Shown: piece after piece, positions 1 through 6,336 of the stretch
Layout: each line of letters starts with the position of its first letter
Numbering within the stretch: position 1 is the first letter of the stretch
DNA from: Sedimentisphaera cyanobacteriorum
GTDB taxonomy: Bacteria > Planctomycetota > Phycisphaerae > Sedimentisphaerales > Sedimentisphaeraceae
DNA length: 32,000 nt
Assembly: GCF_001997385.1 (NCBI RefSeq)
Contig: NZ_CP019633.1
Location: forward strand, 2,100,001-2,132,000
Direction: 5' to 3'
The notes under the pieces: generated by a model
What the model was told of the DNA's origin: nothing
Databases searched by the model: none
Seen by the model: the letters and a program-made list of their open reading frames with translations, nothing else
Translations under genes and position numbers: made by a program

Positions 1-73
1 AAGCCGTTTAGAGGCCTTTGATTTATAACAGATATGGACATTCAATTTTATAATATATCGTGTGAACTAAGGG

Positions 74-97
74 ACGCGTACCAAAACGCGTACCAAA
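74..97. repeat. Perfect tandem 12-bp direct repeat ACGCGTACCAAA x2
   Basis: Read directly: 74-85 and 86-97 are identical. Each unit contains the palindrome ACGCGT. The pair lies about 105 bp left of the first tRNA-like fragment. Confidence 0.9.
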
Positions 98-198
98 TAT
101 GCACCTTTAGTACTACTTTAGTTTAACTTTGATTCTACCTTGGTTTTCATAAGTCTTTATTGACACTGCATTAACCTCTTTCTGGCAACAACTTACAA

Positions 199-819
199 TC
201 ATAGAGCATCGGACTGTCGATCCGAAGGTTGAGGGTTCGAGTCCCTTCGCGTTAGGATAACTTTACCCGACTGGTCATAACTTAAACCTATTGGCAGCGG
301 TACTTGCAATTCTCCTCGGCTGGCTTTGTTTAGAATGCCTCCTCGAAGACGAGCTCGCAGCATATGGAGTTCAGCTTCGCTCATTGTACCCTTCATCCCA
401 AGCAGCAGGCGATCATTAAAATGGCTGGGATCATAAAGACCATCTTCATCTAATATCAAAGTGTCCGTTAAAGCACATATCTCAAGAAGACGGTGCCAGT
501 CACTGGAGTTGCGGGCAAGACGAGAAACTTCCAAGCCTAAAACTATACCTGCCTTGCCCATTCCGACATCAGCAACAAGCTTTTGAAAGCCTTCACGATC
601 TTTAGCAGATGCACCGGATTGCCCCAGATCACTGTCAATGACAATTACGTTGTCATCGGTCCATCCCAATGCAGTGGCTCGCCTGCGAAGATCATACTGC
701 CTTCTGGTGCTCTCTGTGTTATGGAATACCTGATGGATTGTTGATTGTCGGATATACAAATAAGCGTCACGCTTGAGATGTTCGGGACGTACTTTTTGAT
801 GATGAGTATCGCTGATCAT
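199..819 (-). pseudogene. Truncated serine recombinase (resolvase/invertase catalytic domain); the 3' part of the gene is replaced by tRNA-like sequence
   Basis: Translation has YLYIRQSTIHQ (catalytic Ser context), SDLGQSGAS, GIVLGLEVSRLARN and MLRARLRGG...PLPIGL, as in large serine recombinases. At 206 aa it is far shorter than the usual ~500 aa. The last ~18 codons (TRRDSNPQPSDRQSDAL) are the reverse translation of a tRNA T-arm and anticodon arm. A strong AGGAGG lies 7 nt upstream of the ATG at 819. Confidence 0.8.
202..256 (+). other. tRNA-Asp(GTC)-like 3' fragment (D-stem 3' half to acceptor 3' strand), lacking a 5' half; att-site-like
   Basis: Anticodon stem tcgga/tccga with loop ctGTCga, variable aggtt, T-arm gaggg-ttcgagt-ccctt, then cgcgtta. 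No complementary acceptor 5' strand or D-stem 5' half lies upstream. Positions 211-249 are identical to 2786-2824. Confidence 0.6.
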
Positions 820-1133
820 AATGCCACCTCCTGCAATGTCGATAGAACCATCTCTGAGATAGTCATCACCATTCGGCTCCGAATCGTATCAGGTACAGCT
901 ATATTTGTATCGGGTACAGAGATGGCAGGTACAACCGTTTGCTGCTGAGATGATTCAATTTTTGAGAAGGCATATACCCATGCCAAAAATCCACGATGTA
1001 TCAACAACGACAGCCCCCATCCCTGGCAACAGTAGTCTCTGCCCTCCAGTATCATTTGGCGTAATTGCTCGTAACGTTCAAGGCAATGGTCAAAGCATTC
1101 GCCAGACTCTGATAAATTTACAGCCCTTTTTTT
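816..1133 (-). CDS. Possible -1 frame extension ORF linking the HTH gene to the recombinase gene (function unknown)
   Basis: The -1 frame relative to ORF 1118..1579 is open from the A7 run (T7 on + strand, 1127-1133) down to 816. Its TGA overlaps the recombinase ATG as ATGA (816-819). No good SD-preceded internal start was found. Confidence 0.3.
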   Translation of the reverse strand, partial: KKRAVNLSESGECFDHCLERYEQLRQMILEGRDYCCQGWGLSLLIHRGFLAWVYAFSKIESSQQQTVVPAISVPDTNIAVPDTIRSRMVMTISEMVLSTLQEVAL

Positions 1134-1579
1134 AATTGACGCTGCAGTGCACGTTCGATACTGCGGGGATGTACGCTTAATCCGAAATGTTGTTTTATAC
1201 GAGTTGCTAGATCCGTTGCCTGAAGAGTCGCTTTTTTGTTTTTGCAGGCTGAGATAAATGCCATTACATCTTCGGTTAATTTGTGGGCATGCCTGGGACC
1301 TCGCTGATGCGGCATTAGACCGGCTAATCCGTGCTGGTCGTAAGCATGCTGTATCTGGTAGTATGAAACACGAGAAAAACCAAACTTTTTTGCCACCTTC
1401 GAAACTGATTCTCCATCCTGCCGCACCCGTCGAAGCATTTCGTACTTGACCTGCAGCATATCCCTTGGGTCGAAAAACTCGCTGCCTGAAAATAGATCGT
1501 CCGCAACGTTTTCCGGATGCGCATTTAATGTGCCGTTTTGACCAAGTGCTTCCAGTTTTACATCGCCATAATCTTCCAT
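1118..1579 (-). CDS. Helix-turn-helix protein resembling the N-terminal (orfA-type) DNA-binding module of IS transposases
   Basis: 153 aa. SVSKVAKKFGFSRVSYYQIQHAYDQHGLAGLMPHQRGPR matches the HTH followed by GL-GL...RGP pattern of IS481/IS3/IS630 N-termini. A strong SD (TAGGAG) lies 9 nt upstream of the ATG at 1579. Confidence 0.6.
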   Translation of the reverse strand: MEDYGDVKLEALGQNGTLNAHPENVADDLFSGSEFFDPRDMLQVKYEMLRRVRQDGESVSKVAKKFGFSRVSYYQIQHAYDQHGLAGLMPHQRGPRHAHKLTEDVMAFISACKNKKATLQATDLATRIKQHFGLSVHPRSIERALQRQLKKGL

Positions 1580-1801
1580 GATATCGATCTCCTAAACAAG
1601 ACATTTTAACTGTTAGTCTTATTATGCCGGAAATCAGGGAGTTGTCAAGTAAAAAATGTCGTAAATCACTACAGGATAATGCCGTTAAAGCTAATCTAAA
1701 CACAAATAAGGCCTGTTTCGGGAAGCTGATAGCCGGCATAATAAGATTTACACAAAAGGCATAATTTACTTTGCGCTCAATTGGGATTATTGGGCATGTC
1801 A

Positions 1802-2095
1802 TTATTTGCCCTCCACCATGAAATCATCGATTAGCCCAACGAGTTCAAGTAGTTCCCTGAACCGGAAAGCACTGCGGCCTTGAGAGATGAAATTAAATGG
1901 ATGAGGTTCATAAATGCTTGTCCAGCAAGCAGGTATGGATGTCAATCGCCCATCTTCCTGACGATAAAATACTCGATCTTCGCCCCAGGTTTGCTTAAGC
2001 GAAACGATCTGAATCTTTGTGTCGTACAAAGGATGAAAAGGATGGGTGATCGTGCAATATCGCACCTGATCGTTCCCATCGGGTGCAGTTGACAT
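1802..2095 (-). CDS. Small conserved hypothetical protein, DUF5372 (Y4bD/Y4pK)-like from memory
   Basis: The THPFHPL...WGEDRVFY...DGRL.SIPA.WT pattern matches my recollection of DUF5372. The track start at 2104 is TTG, so I prefer the ATG at 2095. Family assignment is not verified. Confidence 0.45.
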   Translation of the reverse strand: MSTAPDGNDQVRYCTITHPFHPLYDTKIQIVSLKQTWGEDRVFYRQEDGRLTSIPACWTSIYEPHPFNFISQGRSAFRFRELLELVGLIDDFMVEGK

Positions 2096-2100
2096 AGTAG

Positions 2101-2343
2101 TCAAATCCCTTTGCGGAACGCTTTGTAAGATCCATAAAACATGAGTGCCTTAACAAGATGATCATCATGGGTGAAACACACCTGAGGCATATTGTTTCTG
2201 AGTATATAACTCATTATCATACAAGCCGCCCGCATACCGGGCTCGAACACAATATGATTGATCCACAACCTCAAGGTGATGGTGAAATCGTTTGTCATGA
2301 GCGTCTTGGCGGATTATTAAAATACTGGAAAAGAGCAGCATAA
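2101..2343 (+). pseudogene. C-terminal remnant of a DDE (rve/integrase-core) transposase, IS481/IS3-like
   Basis: The frame opens at 2101 after a stop and reads SNPFAERFVRSIKHECLNKMIIMGETHLRHIVSEYITHYHTSRPHTGL...LGGLLKYWKR. This is the typical end of rve-domain transposases (ERF.rS.K.ECL ... HYN..RPH.gL). No catalytic domain lies upstream. Confidence 0.75.
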
Positions 2344-2640
2344 AAAGAATGTGACAATTTAGTGTCTTGATTTAGAAGCAAACAGAGAAGGTCTATCCTT
2401 GCTATGGTAAAGCTACATACGGTCTGAATTGACCATGGGTTCTGTCTAATGAATCGGTGCCATACAAACAGATACCTGTTCTTTCTAGGACAGATACCGA
2501 CTATTTGCCAGATGAGACCACTTTTGAAGCGCTTCTGAAATTTCTAATTTAAGCAGATTAAGATGCTGTTCAAGTCACAAAAATATAAAAGGCTCTTAGA
2601 ATTGAAATATGAAAGCTTTAGGGGCCATTTGTATTTTATG

Positions 2641-2719
2641 AGTTCGTCAAAAAGTTCGTCAATTTGCAGTGGATACTGACTTGTCAGCCACTTGTTATTG
2701 AGTTGTCAACCACTTGCAA
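2641..2719. repeat. Cluster of short direct repeats with a GTCAA core
   Basis: AGTTCGTCAAAA / AGTTCGTCAATT are tandem at 2641-2664. TTGTCAGCCACTTG (2681-2694) and TTGTCAACCACTTG (2703-2716) follow. An inverted core CAATTGAC lies at 2725-2732. Confidence 0.8.
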
Positions 2720-2785
2720 CCCTCAATTGACGCTCAAAAACGCCATTTAAGCCCTTGTCTAAAAAGCACTTACGCGCCCAGCCAA

Positions 2786-2830
2786 GGACTGTCGATCCGA
2801 AGGTTGAGGGTTCGAGTCCCTTCGAGTACT
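2786..2830 (+). other. Second tRNA-Asp(GTC)-like 3' fragment (anticodon loop to acceptor 3' strand); att-site-like
   Basis: 2786-2824 is identical to 211-249 (39/39). The 5' strand of the anticodon stem is not conserved here (aagga versus tcgga). The acceptor strand differs (cgagtac versus cgcgtta). Confidence 0.6.
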
Positions 2831-3243
2831 CTGTCGCTGTCCAGAGACCTGCCGGTCATTCCGCAAACCGGCGATACCTTCAGGCTTGTAATTGGAGGGT
2901 TTTTCAGAAGCTCAACCGAAACATTCGGGTACGTTTTGAAAAGATAGAATCGTCTGCCACGTGATTTGCCCGAAGATGGAGCGATTATGGTAAGAGAGCA
3001 AAACGATAGAACTTTTGGCAGAGAGGTTTAGAGAGTTCCGGGCCAGTTCGGCGGAGAATTTACCGTTTTATTGGCAGCCCAAAGAAAACAGAGAGCGGTA
3101 GGATAGAACCGCCTTAAGCCATAAATCACCCGAAACCCCCCAATTTTACGCCAAATATGCGGATATTGAGAAAGCCCAGCCATTTTCATGACCGGGCTTC
3201 TTCGTTAATCGTTAGCAGTGGTTTTTACGCCACTGGTTGTTTT

Positions 3244-3319
3244 TGGCTCCTCGAGTAGGACTCGAACCTACAACCTAGCGGTTAACAGCCGCTCGCTCTA
3301 CCGATTGAGCTATCGAGGA
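3244..3319 (-). tRNA. tRNA-Asn (anticodon GTT), CCA encoded
   Basis: The reverse complement folds as a 76-nt cloverleaf. Acceptor tcctcga/tcgagga, D arm gctc-aatcggta-gagc, anticodon arm agcgg-ctGTTaa-ccgct, variable aggtt, T arm gtagg-ttcgagt-cctac, discriminator g, CCA. Confidence 0.95.
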
Positions 3320-3533
3320 ATAATCGCTATTCAGCGTGCAATAGACGGGATATACTACTAATTTGGCGTTCGCTGTCAAGCAGGTAAATCAAAAAAGAAA
3401 GTAAAAACGTTGAAATTTTTCGTTCTCATTTGCTTAGCATATAAGATTTGGCAGCAACCTAAAGCCGACTGATCTTTGAACTGTGCAGCTTAGCGGTTAA
3501 TCCGCCTGCGCGCCTGCCCGTATTTTCGCATGT

Positions 3534-5192
3534 CTATTTGAGCAGTTTATCGAACATATCCACGGACAGGCAGTGGCGGAGTTTCTGCAGGGCTTTCAGC
3601 TCGATTTGTCTTGCGGTTTCCTGGCTTACGCCGAGCTCTTTCCCAATCTGCTTGAGCGTTTTCTTCTTTTTCTTAATCAGTGAGGGGTCGTCGAGGCCGT
3701 AATGGCTCTTCACTACAAACTGCTCCTTCGGATCGAGATTTGCCGATATAACCTCATCGAGATCCCGCCCCGCCTGCTCAACCACAGGCACAGAGCTTAC
3801 ATCCACATTCCTCATATCCGTATGCATCGAATCCTCCAGAGGCAGCGAATCAGAAGGCGTAATTCTTGCGAAGCTCCGCACCACCGCCCAGCCGGCATAC
3901 GTTGAGAATCGAAAGCCCTTTGTGTAGTCGTAGCCTTCAATCGCCCTGAAAAGAGCCATATTCCCCTCGCTTATCAGTTCAGCAAAAGAAATATGTTTGC
4001 CGATATGCTTAGCGGCTATATTTATAACCACCCTCAGATTAGACTGAAAAACAGCATGCTTTATCCTGCCTATCTCTTCGAGTCTGCTCTGCATTTTCTG
4101 AAGCTTCTTCCCTGAAGGCGAGGAAAGATTAAGCGTTTTCTTTTCCTGCTGGTGAAGCTTTTTCAAACAGTTGTATTTCTTGAACATCTCGAGTTCATGG
4201 TCTCTTGTTGCAGGCTTTATTCTGTTTATCCTGCTGATATATCTGTTCACATCATCAGGAGATGTGCTCACCTCAACGTGTGAAGGCAGAAATATCTTTT
4301 TCTCTTCGATTTTTTTCATCTGAGCGGGTTTTTGGAAATCAGGTGAATCAACAAAACCCAGCTCTACAGCTTCAATCCTCTTTGCCTTGCTTCGATTGAT
4401 TGCCCTGTACACGCTGGAACGGCTGCATCCGAGCATCTTGCAGATATCGCCTACGCTCTCCCCGCCGGCATACAGCTCGCTGATCTGTTTCTGGATTTTA
4501 CTGTTTACCCTGCCCTTTCTCGGGAGATAGATATTGCTTTGCTCGCTTTGTTCTGCGTTTTGAAGGCTGCTTCTGATTGTTTCAAAGCTTCGGTGCATTT
4601 TTTCAGATATCAGCTCGGCAGCTTTGCTCCTTGCGATCTCAGGACGTTTTTCTTTGAGCTGTTTTGAAAGCTCGAGGATTTGTTTTCTCTCTTCTTCTGA
4701 AAGCCTGTTGAAGTTGGAGGCCTTTGTTATTATCTCCGGATTCTGCTTTTTGAAATGTTCGAAGGCCTGCTGAGTAATGGCGAGCTTCTTGATGCCGTCT
4801 TCAAATACGAGGTATCTGACTATAAGCCCGAACCTTTTCCATCGCCGGATTGTTTTATCGCTCACTCCGAGCATCTCAGAGAGCGAGGCAATCGAATATG
4901 CCGGGTGATTAAGCATTGCCGCAGGCTGGCTTACTGTTTTGCTGAGCTCAAGGACAAACAGCCTCACATCCGCCTGAACACTGCTGCCTTCGAGGATCTC
5001 GATTTCGCCCTCTCCGCCCGGGTTGTAGCCTGTTATCTTGCTGCAGACAAATTCATAAGGATACTGCTTGCCGGAATCGAGGAGGAAGTATAGCGATTCG
5101 GCTTTCTCGAGCATCTCCAGCTTCACCCGTATCGGCGAGAAGCGTACATCTGCAAGCAGTTCTTTGATTTTGTCCGTTTTGAAATCAGCCAT
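3534..5192 (-). CDS. Sigma-70 family RNA polymerase sigma factor with ~330-aa N-terminal extension carrying two HTH-like segments
   Basis: Region 2: NLRVVINIAAKH...ELISEGNMALFRAIEGYDYTKGFRFSTYAGWAVVRSFAR. Region 4: TLKQIGKELGVSQETARQIELKALQKLR. N-terminal HTH-like segments: LSEMLGVSDKTIRRWKRFG and ICKMLGCSRSSVYRAINRS. Confidence 0.85.
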   Translation of the reverse strand: MADFKTDKIKELLADVRFSPIRVKLEMLEKAESLYFLLDSGKQYPYEFVCSKITGYNPGGEGEIEILEGSSVQADVRLFVLELSKTVSQPAAMLNHPAYSIASLSEMLGVSDKTIRRWKRFGLIVRYLVFEDGIKKLAITQQAFEHFKKQNPEIITKASNFNRLSEEERKQILELSKQLKEKRPEIARSKAAELISEKMHRSFETIRSSLQNAEQSEQSNIYLPRKGRVNSKIQKQISELYAGGESVGDICKMLGCSRSSVYRAINRSKAKRIEAVELGFVDSPDFQKPAQMKKIEEKKIFLPSHVEVSTSPDDVNRYISRINRIKPATRDHELEMFKKYNCLKKLHQQEKKTLNLSSPSGKKLQKMQSRLEEIGRIKHAVFQSNLRVVINIAAKHIGKHISFAELISEGNMALFRAIEGYDYTKGFRFSTYAGWAVVRSFARITPSDSLPLEDSMHTDMRNVDVSSVPVVEQAGRDLDEVISANLDPKEQFVVKSHYGLDDPSLIKKKKKTLKQIGKELGVSQETARQIELKALQKLRHCLSVDMFDKLLK

Positions 5193-5295
5193 AATGTTTT
5201 CCGTTTATAAACTCTGCAAAGCGATTATAATCGAAATATCAAGGCAAAACAAACTTGCCTGACAGTTTTGAGAGCCTGAAGGCAAAGAGACGGGG

Positions 5296-6336
5296 ATGAA
5301 CAAACAAAAAATAACAATTTGCATTCTTGCTGCATTAGCTCTGCTGATTATCTTGGCCGGCTGCGGGCGTGACAGCGTAAAAACCAGCACAAGCAGCAGC
5401 AGACTGCACATGGATACTGTTGTGAGGATTACTGCCTCAGCACGTTCTGAAAGCGAAGCGGAAAGGGCAATTGAAGCAGGGTTTACGAAGATCAAAAGCA
5501 TCGAAAAACTTATGGACAGGCACAATCCCTCCTCAGCGCTTTCCAAGATAAATTCAAACTCCGGAAGTTGGGTTCAGTCAGACAGAGATATTATAGAGGC
5601 GATCGAAACCTCCAAGCAATTCAGCCGCCAAACGGGCGGGGCATTCGATATTAGCATAGCTCCGGTAATTGATTTATGGGCCGGGGCAGCTGAAAAAGGG
5701 CAAAAGCCCTCGCCTGAAAAGCTCAGCATGGCAAAATCGCTCGTTGACTATCGGAAAATCAAAACAGACCGCAGAAAAGGGCGGGTAAAGCTTGCTGAAA
5801 GCGGGATGAAGCTCGATCTTGGTGCGATCGCCAAGGGCTATGCGTTAGACAGGGCCAAAGAGGCGATGAAAAAGGCCGGCGCAGCAGGCGGGCTGATAAA
5901 CGCAGGCGGCGATATCCTCTGCTTCGGCAAAAACGCAAGTGCAGGCGGCTGGAAGATTGGCGTTCGAAGCCCCGAGGCAAACGGGCAGAATGATATTGAA
6001 TGCATACTTGAGATAAACTCGGGGGCCATAGCAACCAGCGGGGATTATCTTCGCTTCTACGAAATCGAAGGAATCAAAACGAGCCACATAATTAATGCCT
6101 CTACGGGCAAAGGCAGCCTGCTTTTCAAGAGCGCAACGGTTTTTGCGGATAATGCAGCAGATGCAGACGCCCTTGCAACCTCGCTCTCTCTTTTAGGCAG
6201 AGATCAGGGGCTTAAGCTTATAGAATCCATTGAAGGTGCTGAGTGTTTTGCGATAGCCTCGAAAGGCGAAGAGCGGATAAAATCATCCGGCTGGGATAAG
6301 CTTATTCTTCAGCGGTATTCTCAGGAGGAACATTGA
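5296..6336 (+). CDS. apbE: FAD:protein FMN transferase (ApbE family) lipoprotein
   Basis: Lipobox LAGC after the signal peptide. ApbE motifs FDISIAP, DLGAIAKGYALDRA, NAGGD, ATSGDY and HIINASTG are present. Confidence 0.85.
   Translation: MNKQKITICILAALALLIILAGCGRDSVKTSTSSSRLHMDTVVRITASARSESEAERAIEAGFTKIKSIEKLMDRHNPSSALSKINSNSGSWVQSDRDIIEAIETSKQFSRQTGGAFDISIAPVIDLWAGAAEKGQKPSPEKLSMAKSLVDYRKIKTDRRKGRVKLAESGMKLDLGAIAKGYALDRAKEAMKKAGAAGGLINAGGDILCFGKNASAGGWKIGVRSPEANGQNDIECILEINSGAIATSGDYLRFYEIEGIKTSHIINASTGKGSLLFKSATVFADNAADADALATSLSLLGRDQGLKLIESIEGAECFAIASKGEERIKSSGWDKLILQRYSQEEH

Noticed and set aside
816-1802. The 328-aa ORF in the track could be taken as a single gene.
   Set aside because: Its N-terminal two-thirds overlap the SD-preceded HTH gene (1118-1579) in another frame and translate to low-plausibility, Cys/Arg-rich sequence. 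Only the part downstream of the A7 run (816-1133) is considered possibly coding.
2714-2964. ORFs 2714..2947 and 2755..2964 on the + strand.
   Set aside because: They run across the tRNA-like fragment (the GSSPFE-type translation of a T-arm). They have no SD or recognisable domains and are mutually overlapping.
3028-3189. A 53-codon minus-strand ORF (MKMAGLSQYPHIWRKIGGFRVIYGL...FLWAANKT) has a G-F-R-V-I-Y motif reminiscent of RelE/ParE toxins.
   Set aside because: The resemblance rests on one short motif. The ORF lacks the N-terminal half of such toxins and has no antitoxin partner or SD. At best it is a remnant, and that cannot be supported without a profile search.
5205-5546. The 113-aa minus-strand ORF overlapping the start of apbE.
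   Set aside because: It is antisense to a well-supported lipoprotein gene and extends through the divergent promoter region. It has no recognisable motifs.
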